Of a stretch of DNA of 64,000 bases, positions 30,781 to 39,981 are shown in pieces. Made by a program: the position numbers and the translations under genes. The stretch is from Candidatus Margulisiibacteriota bacterium (lineage in GTDB: Bacteria; Margulisbacteria; Marinamargulisbacteria; UBA817), in assembly GCA_016779165.1 (NCBI GenBank), contig JADHOE010000002.1, positions 1,402-65,401 on the forward strand, read 5' to 3'. Every line of letters begins with the position of its first letter. Position 1 is the stretch's first letter. The notes below the pieces were generated by a model. It was given only the letters and a program-made list of their open reading frames with translations, had not been told where the DNA came from and made no database searches.

Positions 30781-32173
30781 GTCCAATTTCCTTACGAACA
30801 TCGACGACATGCCCAGCAATAGCTGCCGCTGCGACCATTGAAGGGCTCATCAGCAAGGTTCGGCCATTGGGGCTTCCTTGCCGACCAATAAAGTTTCGAT
30901 TGGATGACGACGCACACACTTGGTTTCCGGTAAGTTTATCAGGGTTCATGGCCAAGCACATGGAACACCCAGCATTTCGCCACTGAAACCCAGCCTCAGT
31001 AAAAATATGGTGCAAACCTTCTGATTCTGCTTGGGCCATTACTCGCTGAGAACCGGGCACCACCATGGCCTGAACCTTGGGGTGAATTTTCTTACCCTTA
31101 ACAATACTGGCTGCTTCGCGAAGGTCAGATAATCGGCCATTGGTGCAAGACCCAATAAATGCCACATCAATGGGTATGGATTGCGCCGGCTGATTTTCGG
31201 AAAAGCCCATAAACGCGTAAGCATCTTTAGCCGATTGGGGGTGCTGAAGTTCACTGCACTTGGGAAGGTTACTGGACACAGGCACCGACTGCCCTGGGTT
31301 GATGCCCCAAGTGACCATTGGTTCAATGGCAGAGCCATCAATAATAAGTTCGTCATCATATGCCGCATCTGCATTGGAGCGAATATCGGACCAATATGAA
31401 ATGGCTTTTTCCATGTCCTTTGGGGAATGTAAACGGTCTTTAAGGTAATTGAATGTGGTTTGATCGGGATTGACATACCCAATGCGAGCACCACCTTCAA
31501 TGCTCATGTTGCATACGGTCATGCGACCTTCCATGGACATGGTGTCGAACACATCCCCGGCGTATTCATAGGCATACCCCAAGCCACCCTTCACTCCCAA
31601 TTCTGCAATGATTTTTAAGATAACATCCTTCGGGTAAACGCCAGGCTGAAGGGCCCCATTCACCACAATGCGACGTACTTTAAGCCGAGACAATGCCAAG
31701 GTTTGGGTTTCAAGGACATTGCGCACTTCGGTGGTGCCAATGCCAAAGGCCAACGACCCAAACGCCCCATGAGTGGATGTATGGGAATCGCCACAGGCAA
31801 TGGTCATGCCTGGCTGGGTTAAGCCTAATTCTGGGCCAATCATATGAACAATGCCCTGCTTTCCACTTTTAAAATCAAACAATTGAATGCCAAAGTCGGC
31901 CGTGTTTTTTTCGAGAGTAGATGCCATCAACTCGGCTTGTGGATCGGCGAACGGGCGTTGAGTTGAATCGGTTGGGACAATGTGGTCCATGGTTGCAAAG
32001 GTACGGTTGGGAAACAAAACCCTTTGGTTGCGTTCACGCAACGACGCAAATGCCTGAGGCGTTGTTACTTCGTGAATTAAATGCAAGCCAATGAATAGCT
32101 GATCCATGCCAGATGGCAAGGTGGCCACTTTATGCATATTCCATACCTTGTCGAAAAGGGTGCCTGTTGACAT
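30773..32173 (-). CDS. leuC: 3-isopropylmalate dehydratase large subunit
   Basis: Carries [21 protein letters not shown] and GCSMCLAMN, the aconitase-family Fe-S ligands. I use the Met at 32173 ([16 protein letters not shown]). The ORF track start at 32221 adds 16 unlikely residues. Confidence 0.92.
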   Translation of the reverse strand: MSTGTLFDKVWNMHKVATLPSGMDQLFIGLHLIHEVTTPQAFASLRERNQRVLFPNRTFATMDHIVPTDSTQRPFADPQAELMASTLEKNTADFGIQLFDFKSGKQGIVHMIGPELGLTQPGMTIACGDSHTSTHGAFGSLAFGIGTTEVRNVLETQTLALSRLKVRRIVVNGALQPGVYPKDVILKIIAELGVKGGLGYAYEYAGDVFDTMSMEGRMTVCNMSIEGGARIGYVNPDQTTFNYLKDRLHSPKDMEKAISYWSDIRSNADAAYDDELIIDGSAIEPMVTWGINPGQSVPVSSNLPKCSELQHPQSAKDAYAFMGFSENQPAQSIPIDVAFIGSCTNGRLSDLREAASIVKGKKIHPKVQAMVVPGSQRVMAQAESEGLHHIFTEAGFQWRNAGCSMCLAMNPDKLTGNQVCASSSNRNFIGRQGSPNGRTLLMSPSMVAAAAIAGHVVDVRKEIGHE

Positions 32174-32280
32174 TTGATTATAGTAACAATAGATTGTTGC
32201 AAGGGCAATTCTTAGCCCCAATAGAAATACGATTACAACACCAAAAAAAACGAATAATAACTAAAGTAAAAGGAGGGAAG

Positions 32281-33216
32281 ATGAGATTGATCACACTTAT
32301 TCGCATGGCCGGATTGTTAGCAACTGCAAGCTCTTTACGCATGGACCCTCCGAAAATCCCCGCCAACGTTAAACAACGTGGAACTATCGTGAGTCATAAA
32401 GGGCCTAGAACAGATGGCCTACCGAATGGATTTGGAACGGCACATTACGATTCTGGGGAAATTTTTCAAGGACACTTTTTAAGTGGCACGCCAGATGGCT
32501 TTTGCAAATTGAACAGTAACGAAGGAAAGTTCAAAAACAGTAATATGACGCAAGTATGTACCCAGCACATTCCAGTTGGAGCTCAGCATGCGATAGTCTT
32601 TACTAATGGATGTTCATTTCCCGAAATAGGTGTTAACCCCCATGTTAATGGAGGGCCTAATGCAAGTATTGCGCCTTATATGACCAGGAACAAATATTGC
32701 TCATTCGATAAATTGATTTTACTTATGGCTATAGTTTTTATAATAGCGATAACCAAACAAAAACGCATTAAATGCCTGTTATTAGAATTGAAAAAAACTA
32801 TCGATGATATACAAAGGCAAAAACGAATAATCGACGAGTTTAACCTTCAGAACGGGCAAGGGTGCTGCCTAAGGTACGAAAACTCACATTGTTTTCTTGA
32901 AGTATTCAAAAACTGCAAAATCCATGGGCTTTTAATTCCAAGGAATGTTATAAATAAAGCGTTATCCGAAGGCATACCCATAAATTCAAGTGCCCCATTT
33001 CCATCCGTTGATCAGTTGGAAAAAATCATTATCCATAAAATCTCATCATCCAAATCATTCAAGTACTGGGTTTTGCACCAGATATTTGTACCTGAAGACC
33101 AACATGAATTATTCACTGTGTCAATTCAAGGCCCCGGTGTGTGGTTGAAGCTCGCCCAAAATGTCGACCCCGATGATCCTCTTGGCGTCATAACTCTTGG
33201 AGACCAACCAATTTAA
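32281..33216 (+). CDS. Hypothetical membrane protein with MORN-like repeats
   Basis: The ATG at 32281 is preceded by AAAGGAGGGAAG. The ORF track start at 32113 would overlap the leuC start region. Features, in order:
- Signal-like N-terminus MRLITLIRMAGLLATASS
- GLPNGFGTAHYDSGEIFQGHFLSGTPDGFCKL, which resembles two MORN repeats
- A central TM (ILLMAIVFIIAIT)
- An unknown C-terminal half. Confidence 0.6.
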   Translation: MRLITLIRMAGLLATASSLRMDPPKIPANVKQRGTIVSHKGPRTDGLPNGFGTAHYDSGEIFQGHFLSGTPDGFCKLNSNEGKFKNSNMTQVCTQHIPVGAQHAIVFTNGCSFPEIGVNPHVNGGPNASIAPYMTRNKYCSFDKLILLMAIVFIIAITKQKRIKCLLLELKKTIDDIQRQKRIIDEFNLQNGQGCCLRYENSHCFLEVFKNCKIHGLLIPRNVINKALSEGIPINSSAPFPSVDQLEKIIIHKISSSKSFKYWVLHQIFVPEDQHELFTVSIQGPGVWLKLAQNVDPDDPLGVITLGDQPI

Positions 33217-33243
33217 AAAAAAAACCTAGGTCCGGACAAAGGG

Positions 33244-34503
33244 GTGCCTATTCGATGGAACATGGATACGGTTTTTGCAGGTGAAGAAGAAAACCTAACG
33301 AAAGAGTATCAAAAAACAATAAGCAATACCCTTGAAAAAATCAGCGCCCTATTCCTTAAACAAACCTTAACACCCTTGCATTGGAAGGTCGCAAACACTT
33401 TATGCAGGCGTTCTAAGTATTATTATAAAGCATTCAATAAACCGTTTCCATTAAAAGACAGTCGGCCCACGCCAGACACGACCAGATGGTATGACATATG
33501 GATGAAATTAAAAATCAAAGTCGTCAAACACGAAATTTTGACTGATCCGTCGTTTTCTTTAGTTCGGCGTCAAAGTTTAAGGAACGAGATTGCTAAGCTA
33601 ATAAGAGATCTTGACACATTAATGAATGCAATTACGCAATTCAACTGCCATGAAAAAGCAACAGAAACGGCGCTAATCACCTTTATTAAAGACGCAAAAA
33701 ACCTACTGAATAGCACTGACGCCACTTCCGAATCAATTGCAAAAACATTATGCAATGCATCAGAACACGACGCACGAATACTAATAGATTTTTTGAGTGG
33801 AAATGGCATACCAGGGGAGAATTATGATCCCAGGACTGCAAGTTCATCAATGGCTTCCATTCAACGCTCCATGATTAGCATGAGTGACGATAGTCATGGT
33901 GGTGCTACAAGAGCCAAAGATATAGAGGCGTTTGTTAAACATGCGATAGCTGGTACTTTCGAAGAGTATGATCACGTTCATGTGGATGCGCACTTGGGCG
34001 ATTTGCTTGCGTTAACAAATGATGATGCAGAAGCGTGCGATATAGACAGTGCGAATGCCCGACGACTGGGACTTCATTTGCCAACCGAGCAAACGTATTT
34101 TCATCATCGTAAAGACATAAATCAACAGCCAATTCAAGAAGGTGTCTACAAGATGCTCAATGACGACTGCAATGCATTGATTGCTACCCTAGAAAAATGC
34201 AACTACGATACAGGAGAATTTCAACTTGATCCATCAAATCACCATCAATTCATTCAAAGATTAACAACATTTTATGTGAATAGGATGAAGCTACAAGATA
34301 CTCAGGGAGGGCTACAAGATACTCAGGGAGATCATCACACCTACAATGGCCCTTATATGCTTCCCAATAAAGACCTATGGCGGTTTATTGGAAATCGCCC
34401 GGACATGATTGCCGATGCGTACATTCGATTGAGATTATTAATTCATTATTTAATACCAAACGGTGAAACTATTTTTCAAAGATGTGGTCCCCCCCACACA
34501 TAA
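33244..34503 (+). CDS. Hypothetical protein (orphan, no recognised domain)
   Basis: 419-aa ORF with no signal peptide or TM. The start is either GTG at 33244 or ATG at 33262. Contains an in-frame 21-bp tandem duplication (LQDTQGG/LQDTQGD). A hairpin terminator follows. Confidence 0.6.
   Translation: MPIRWNMDTVFAGEEENLTKEYQKTISNTLEKISALFLKQTLTPLHWKVANTLCRRSKYYYKAFNKPFPLKDSRPTPDTTRWYDIWMKLKIKVVKHEILTDPSFSLVRRQSLRNEIAKLIRDLDTLMNAITQFNCHEKATETALITFIKDAKNLLNSTDATSESIAKTLCNASEHDARILIDFLSGNGIPGENYDPRTASSSMASIQRSMISMSDDSHGGATRAKDIEAFVKHAIAGTFEEYDHVHVDAHLGDLLALTNDDAEACDIDSANARRLGLHLPTEQTYFHHRKDINQQPIQEGVYKMLNDDCNALIATLEKCNYDTGEFQLDPSNHHQFIQRLTTFYVNRMKLQDTQGGLQDTQGDHHTYNGPYMLPNKDLWRFIGNRPDMIADAYIRLRLLIHYLIPNGETIFQRCGPPHT
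34291..34332 (+). repeat. Perfect-in-frame tandem duplication, 2 x 21 bp
   Basis: ctacaagatactcagggaggg (34291-34311) is followed by ctacaagatactcagggagat (34312-34332). The first 19 of 21 nt are identical. Confidence 0.9.
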
Positions 34504-34536
34504 CAAGATGGTGTTATAGAATTACTGATAAATTTA

Positions 34537-34558
34537 AAAGAGAAGCGGCTTCTCTTTT
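34537..34558 (+). terminator. Candidate rho-independent terminator after the 419-aa orphan gene
   Basis: AAAGAGAAG-cgg-CTTCTCTTT forms a 9-bp stem with a 3-nt loop. It runs into TTTT(cc), so the U-tract is short. Confidence 0.45.
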
Positions 34559-34584
34559 CCAATTGAGTCCCGTACAATTCAAGT

Positions 34585-35190
34585 ATGAAATGCGGGATTT
34601 TAGATTACGGCACAGGCAACATTCAAAGCGTGCAAAATGCCATTGAACACATAGGGCATCGCGTTATAAGAAGCAGCCAATTTGATGAACTTGAACAGGC
34701 TGATGCATTGATTTTTCCTGGTCAGGGGGCGTTTGGCCCTGCAATGAAAACCTTACACCGCCTGAACTTAATTCAGCCCTTGCGACAGTATATCGAATCA
34801 AAACAACCCTTTATTGGCATATGCCTTGGGTTCCAGTTGGTGTTTGATGGATCAGATGAAGCCAATGATGCGCAAGGCCTTGGCTGTTTGCCTGGATCAT
34901 TTAAGCGGTTTGAAAGCAACCATTTATCGGTACCTCACATGGGTTGGAATCAGATTGACGCCACCAATACAGGTTCGGTTTTGGATCAATTCAACGGACA
35001 ATTGTTTTACTTTGTTCACTCGTATTACTTACCCATTGATGCCACCACCAACGGAGCGACCACCCACTATGGGGTGCCATTCACATCGGCCGTTGCCAAT
35101 GACACCCAATTGATGACCCAATTTCACCCAGAAAAAAGTGGCGACCTTGGATTGGAATTGTTAACATCATTTCTACAATCGGTATCATGA
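34585..35190 (+). CDS. hisH: Imidazole glycerol phosphate synthase glutamine amidotransferase subunit HisH (stand-alone)
   Basis: 201 aa. Carries ILDYGTGNIQSV, FPGQGAFG, GICLGFQL (catalytic Cys), VPHMGWN and TQFHPEKSG (His/Glu). The stop overlaps the uvrA start (ATGA). No hisF or hisA in the window. Confidence 0.88.
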   Translation: MKCGILDYGTGNIQSVQNAIEHIGHRVIRSSQFDELEQADALIFPGQGAFGPAMKTLHRLNLIQPLRQYIESKQPFIGICLGFQLVFDGSDEANDAQGLGCLPGSFKRFESNHLSVPHMGWNQIDATNTGSVLDQFNGQLFYFVHSYYLPIDATTNGATTHYGVPFTSAVANDTQLMTQFHPEKSGDLGLELLTSFLQSVS

Positions 35191-38021
35191 CAAGCAAAAA
35201 AAAACACATCTCAATTAAAGGTGCACGGGTTCACAACCTTAAAAACGTATCCTTGGATATTCCGAAGGATCAACTCATTGTGTTTACAGGGTTATCCGGT
35301 TCAGGAAAGTCATCATTGGCCTTTGATACCATTTATGCCGAGGGGCAACGCCGGTACGTGGAATCGTTATCAGCGTATGCCCGGCAATTTTTAGAGCAGT
35401 TGGACAAGCCCGATGTGGACGCTTTAGATGGGCTGTCGCCAGCCATTTCCATCGACCAAAAAAATGCATCGAATAATCCCCGGTCAACGGTTGGCACAGT
35501 GACTGAAATTCAAGATTACTTGCGCCTTCTTTTTGCCAGTATTGGGGTATTGCATTGCCCCGTTAAAAACACCCCTGTTCGCAAACAATCGGTGCAGGAC
35601 ATGTTTGATACAACAAAAACCTGGCACAAGGGGGAGTCGCTATTGATTATGGCCCCACTTGTAAAAAAACAAAAAGGGGAATTTTTAAGCCTGTTTAAAG
35701 ATTTGCAGCAACAAGGCTTTGTTCGTGCTCGAGTAGATGGTGACATTGTGCGCTTGGAAGATTGCACCCGATTGGAAAAATTTAAGCAACACACCATTGA
35801 ATTGATTATTGACCGGGTTGACAACAATGCCCCAAATGAAGGTCGTTTATTTGAAGCCATTGAATTGGCCACCAAGCAAGCCAAGGGCCTGGTCACCATT
35901 GAAAACACCAGCACAAACGACAGCATCACATTGTCTGAACATTTTTCATCGGAAGATTATGAATTTACGATTTCTGAATTGAGCCCAAGATTATTTTCGT
36001 TTAATTCCCCCATTGGGGCTTGCCATGAGTGCAATGGCTTGGGGCACACCATGGCGTTTGACCCCGAAACATTATTTTCGCCAACGGATACCATATATGA
36101 GGCCTGCAATGCCTTTGTCAACTTCGAGACATCAAATTACGGCATTCGATTTCATTTGGACGCCGAAAAATTGGGCATTGCCATCAATATGAATAAAATG
36201 GTCAAATCCATGACCCAAGAAGAACGTGATTTTGTGTTTTATGGCCGCTATGGCGAAGAAATTGATGTGAATAAAAAAACAAAATCTCGGTTTGGTTGGA
36301 AATTTCGACCCAGAGGCTGGGAGGGCGTGATCAACTTATTGCGACGACGCCATGCTCAAACGGATTCAGACCTGGCCAAAGAACATTACCAAAAGGATAT
36401 GATTAAAAAATTGTGCGATTCCTGCCACGGGCATCGATTAAATGAAGAATCCTTGGCTGTAAAAATTGAGGGGCATTCCATTGCATCGTTTGGTGATTTA
36501 TCCATCCGTGATGCGCTTCAATTCATGTCAGATTTAACCCTTAGTGACCACGATCAACAGATTTCCAAAGAACTTAGAAAAGAAATTATCAATCGGCTCA
36601 ACTTTTTAAACCAAGTTGGGCTGCATTATTTGACCTTAAATCGCACAGCCAATACATTATCGGGTGGAGAACACCAACGGATTCGATTGGCCACCCAAAT
36701 TGGATCGGGACTAACGGGAGTGCTTTACGTATTGGATGAACCCAGCATTGGGCTGCATCAGCACGACAACGACCAATTGATTAAGACCTTAAAGCATTTG
36801 CGTGATTTGGGTAACACCGTGATTGTGGTAGAGCATGATGAAGATACCATAAAAGAAGCCGACCATGTTGTGGACATTGGCCCACACGCAGGCCGTTTGG
36901 GTGGGGACATTATTCATAATGGATCATATGCCGGATTGCTAAAAAATAAAAAATCAATTACCGGTGATTATTTATCTGGTAAAAAGCGCATTGATATTCC
37001 CAAAAAACGCCGAAAAAATCAAAAAAAACACATCAAACTCACGGGTGCCACCAAAAATAATTTAAAAAATGCGGATATTCAAATTCCGTTGGGCACCTTA
37101 ACCTGCGTGACCGGTGTATCGGGGTCAGGCAAAAGCACATTGGTAAAAGAAACATTGCTGCATGTGATTGAAAGCATGAAAGTAAAAAAAGCCCCAACTG
37201 CTGGTATCTTTACCTCGATTCAAGGGGTCGACCATATTGATAAAATCATTACCATTGATCAATCCGCAATTGGGCGAACCCCGCGATCAAATCCGGCCAC
37301 CTATGTGGGGTTCTTTTCAGCGATCCGTGATGTATATGCCAAGCTACCAGAATCAAAAATCAATGGCTTTGGCCCTGGAAGATTTAGTTTTAACGTAAAG
37401 GGTGGCCGGTGCGAAACCTGCCAAGGCGCAGGGGTTGTTAAAATTGAAATGCATTTTTTAACCGATATATTTGTCACCTGCAATACCTGCAAAGGGCAAC
37501 GGTTTAACGAACAAACCCTTCGGGTAAAGTTTAAAGGCCATTCCATTAACGACACCCTGAACATGACCATTAATCAAGCATGCGAAACGTTTGAAAATAT
37601 TCCAAGCGTATTTAACAAATGCCGTGTGTTGCAGGAGGTTGGCATGGGGTACATTACCCTTGGTCAATCAGCAACCACACTAAGTGGTGGCGAAGCCCAG
37701 CGAATAAAATTGGCCAAAGAACTCAGTAAAAAAAGTACAGGAAAAACATTTTACATGTTGGATGAACCAACCACAGGCCTTCATTTTCACGATATCAAGC
37801 GCTTGATTGATGTGTTGGATCAGTTGGTAAACCAAGGCAATACCGTGGTGGTTATTGAACATAACTTGGATGTGATTAAATGCAGTGATCATATTATTGA
37901 TTTAGGGCCAGGCGGCGGGCATGAAGGTGGCCAAGTTATTGCTACAGGCACCCCAGAAGCAATTGCAAACGTAAAGGAATCAAAAACCGGGACGTACCTA
38001 AAAAAAGCACTCACTAACTAG
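35187..38021 (+). CDS. uvrA: Excinuclease ABC subunit A
   Basis: 944 aa. Carries GLSGSGKSSLAFDTIYAEGQRRYVESLSAYARQFL, LSGGEHQRIRLATQIG, GVSGSGKSTLV and LSGGEAQRIKLAKEL, plus zinc-finger Cys pairs. Confidence 0.98.
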   Translation: MTSKKKHISIKGARVHNLKNVSLDIPKDQLIVFTGLSGSGKSSLAFDTIYAEGQRRYVESLSAYARQFLEQLDKPDVDALDGLSPAISIDQKNASNNPRSTVGTVTEIQDYLRLLFASIGVLHCPVKNTPVRKQSVQDMFDTTKTWHKGESLLIMAPLVKKQKGEFLSLFKDLQQQGFVRARVDGDIVRLEDCTRLEKFKQHTIELIIDRVDNNAPNEGRLFEAIELATKQAKGLVTIENTSTNDSITLSEHFSSEDYEFTISELSPRLFSFNSPIGACHECNGLGHTMAFDPETLFSPTDTIYEACNAFVNFETSNYGIRFHLDAEKLGIAINMNKMVKSMTQEERDFVFYGRYGEEIDVNKKTKSRFGWKFRPRGWEGVINLLRRRHAQTDSDLAKEHYQKDMIKKLCDSCHGHRLNEESLAVKIEGHSIASFGDLSIRDALQFMSDLTLSDHDQQISKELRKEIINRLNFLNQVGLHYLTLNRTANTLSGGEHQRIRLATQIGSGLTGVLYVLDEPSIGLHQHDNDQLIKTLKHLRDLGNTVIVVEHDEDTIKEADHVVDIGPHAGRLGGDIIHNGSYAGLLKNKKSITGDYLSGKKRIDIPKKRRKNQKKHIKLTGATKNNLKNADIQIPLGTLTCVTGVSGSGKSTLVKETLLHVIESMKVKKAPTAGIFTSIQGVDHIDKIITIDQSAIGRTPRSNPATYVGFFSAIRDVYAKLPESKINGFGPGRFSFNVKGGRCETCQGAGVVKIEMHFLTDIFVTCNTCKGQRFNEQTLRVKFKGHSINDTLNMTINQACETFENIPSVFNKCRVLQEVGMGYITLGQSATTLSGGEAQRIKLAKELSKKSTGKTFYMLDEPTTGLHFHDIKRLIDVLDQLVNQGNTVVVIEHNLDVIKCSDHIIDLGPGGGHEGGQVIATGTPEAIANVKESKTGTYLKKALTN

Positions 38022-38053
38022 CTATGCTGGTTACTGCGCAATATGGGGGCCCT

Positions 38054-38653
38054 TTAAGATTGAATCAAACTAATGATTGTTGGCGCATATCGGTAATCCT
38101 CTTTTTGAATAATAAAATGGGCCTCATTAAAAAACATTCGAATGGTGCCATCCGCACTTTCAGCTTCAATGACATCGAAAAACTCATGCCCATTTTGATT
38201 GGTATATTGAGTGTGAAACGCCTGAATAATCAACGTAACATGTTCACTGGTTAAGCCGGCAAATGGCCCACGCATGGTATCGCCTTTATTGATTGGCAAT
38301 GGAATAAACTGCTCAGACGCAGGGTTGCCTTCAATGGTGATAAAATACCCATTTGTGCGGTCCATTAAATGTAAATCAACGGTTCCTGTCTGTTGATTAA
38401 GCTCAACCGTTTGCCGAAAAAGTATCACTCTTCCGCCAAGGTTGGTATTATAGTCATTCATAATGTTAATATCAGCTGACCCGACGATTGAATGATCAAT
38501 ACTTAACGAATATTCCCTTGATTTCGGTCCGATTAAAAATGATTCTATTGGCAAGAATGTGGTATCGTTTGACGGACTGGTTGCACACCCAACCAGACAT
38601 ACGCACAATGCCCATTTAAAAGTGGTACGCAACCGATACAGAAATGGGATCAT
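38054..38653 (-). CDS. Hypothetical lipoprotein
   Basis: Lipobox CLVGC follows RLRTTFKWALCV. I use Met10 at 38653; the ORF track start is 38680. Either start overlaps the upstream barrel gene. No recognised family. Confidence 0.6.
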   Translation of the reverse strand: MIPFLYRLRTTFKWALCVCLVGCATSPSNDTTFLPIESFLIGPKSREYSLSIDHSIVGSADINIMNDYNTNLGGRVILFRQTVELNQQTGTVDLHLMDRTNGYFITIEGNPASEQFIPLPINKGDTMRGPFAGLTSEHVTLIIQAFHTQYTNQNGHEFFDVIEAESADGTIRMFFNEAHFIIQKEDYRYAPTIISLIQS

Positions 38654-39224
38654 AATGAAACACCGACTCTTTTTTAACATCGTATTGATTCAGGTATGTA
38701 AACGACGATGTGCTGGTAATTTTACTCCATGTTTTAGCAAACGATACCCGCCAATGGGGCCAAACCCTGTAGCTGAACTGAAGTTTATAAAAAATACTGG
38801 GCGACACGGTTTCTTTGTAATTTTGAACCACTGGTTCACCAATAATACTGAGGTGTTGATGAATCGCGTCAATGGCAGGGCCACCTGAATTCATGGGTGT
38901 GAATACCATCACCCCAATGCTGGGTTGAATATAAATCTTTGAACGGGGAACCCATCGATAGGAAAGACTCACCGGAAACACCAGGTGGTCTTGCCCGATG
39001 ATCATGGTTTGATTGATGGGCTGATGAACAGTTCCAAATGCTTGTGTGGTGAGCTGCTGAACACCCAATTGAATTGGAACATTAAGGATATCAACCCCCA
39101 CACCAACCCCAAACGATTGTTGCACAAACCCAAGGTCATTGGCATTAACGTATTCAGCATGCACAGATAACGCCAAGGCCTGCCACCCCAAAAAAAGGAG
39201 CATTGCCACAGCAAACATCCTCAT
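38616..39224 (-). CDS. Hypothetical outer-membrane beta-barrel protein
   Basis: 202 aa. Signal peptide MRMFAVAMLLFLGWQALALSVHA. Alternating hydrophobic strands and an OMP-type C-terminus ...VSVAYHF. The start overlaps the upstream stop (ATGA). Confidence 0.6.
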   Translation of the reverse strand: MRMFAVAMLLFLGWQALALSVHAEYVNANDLGFVQQSFGVGVGVDILNVPIQLGVQQLTTQAFGTVHQPINQTMIIGQDHLVFPVSLSYRWVPRSKIYIQPSIGVMVFTPMNSGGPAIDAIHQHLSIIGEPVVQNYKETVSPSIFYKLQFSYRVWPHWRVSFAKTWSKITSTSSFTYLNQYDVKKESVFHYDPISVSVAYHF

Positions 39225-39919
39225 GCAGTGGTTTGAATGTGATGCTGTTTGGACAACCGAATTTTATCGAACTGTGGTGTGGTTGAACGAAAGGGAGGGG
39301 ATTGAACTGACAAGGCTAAGGTGGATGCTGTTTTTAATTGGGTGGATGAATGATCTTGGGCTTTCATTAGTTGAATGGCCAAAAGTTGCGCCCGAATGGA
39401 TTGTTTTTCTTCATCTGATATTGCGTGATTAGAATCATTGGCACTGACCATTTTCTTCAAATCCAATGGGGTCTTTGGTTGGTTAGCTGCAACGGGCGGT
39501 CGTTCCGAATATATAGGGTCATTTTGAGAATCCATAATGGTTTCAATATAATGATGAATGGATGCACTGGGCAGCACGTTGACTGTTGGTTTAAACGGGT
39601 GAATGATGGCCTCAATGGGTTGCTTATACGTCTTTTTAAAGGCCAGTTTTAATCGATCAAGCTGCGCTTTAATGCTTGGGTGGTTGCCAATTTGGGAGTG
39701 CCCAACAATGCTCAAGAGCATTAAAATTTTTAACTGTGCCCCTTTGGCCGACAACATTCCGCTCATGATTTGATTTAAACAAATTCGAATTAACGACTCC
39801 ACAAACCGAACCATCTTTTTTAGCTCCTGCATATCGTAAATTCGAGACGCATCAACAATGCGGTTAATATCGTCTGACTGAACCTTTAATGAAACATAAC
39901 CATTGGCCATGGCTTTCAT
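39221..39919 (-). CDS. Hypothetical protein
   Basis: 232 aa with no signal peptide and no recognised motif. AGGAGG lies 4 nt upstream of the ATG. Confidence 0.6.
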   Translation of the reverse strand: MKAMANGYVSLKVQSDDINRIVDASRIYDMQELKKMVRFVESLIRICLNQIMSGMLSAKGAQLKILMLLSIVGHSQIGNHPSIKAQLDRLKLAFKKTYKQPIEAIIHPFKPTVNVLPSASIHHYIETIMDSQNDPIYSERPPVAANQPKTPLDLKKMVSANDSNHAISDEEKQSIRAQLLAIQLMKAQDHSSTQLKTASTLALSVQSPPFRSTTPQFDKIRLSKQHHIQTTA

Positions 39920-39981
39920 GACATCCTCCTAAACCAAATACAGCGTGAACACTTTGGTTATCGATGCCTGGTTGAATACCT

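Noticed and set aside
31039-31500. A 153-aa ORF on the same strand but out of frame, inside leuC. Similar internal alternative-frame ORFs occur in rpoC, rpoB, fusA and recG.
   Set aside because: They are embedded in well-conserved enzyme genes, have no start context and have atypical composition. I treat them as chance ORFs.
30172-32173. Whether leuCD could instead be a two-subunit aconitase or homoaconitase, given that leuA and leuB are absent.
   Set aside because: The subunit sizes (about 466 and about 200 aa), the overlapping gene pair and the motif set fit bacterial LeuC/LeuD. The distinction from homoaconitase cannot be made by eye, so the call is kept with that caveat.
32113-32280. The ORF-track start at 32113 for the MORN-like gene, which would overlap the leuC 5' end on the opposite strand.
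   Set aside because: The strong SD (AAAGGAGGGAAG) and a signal-like N-terminus at the ATG at 32281 make the upstream 56 codons very unlikely to be translated.
37010-37040. Frequent A7-A9 and T7-T9 homopolymer runs inside genes (for example in uvrA, L21 and ctp), considered as possible slippage or phase-variation sites.
   Set aside because: They encode Lys/Phe runs in frame in conserved housekeeping genes, and no frame disruption is seen. They are expected in an AT-leaning, Lys-rich proteome.
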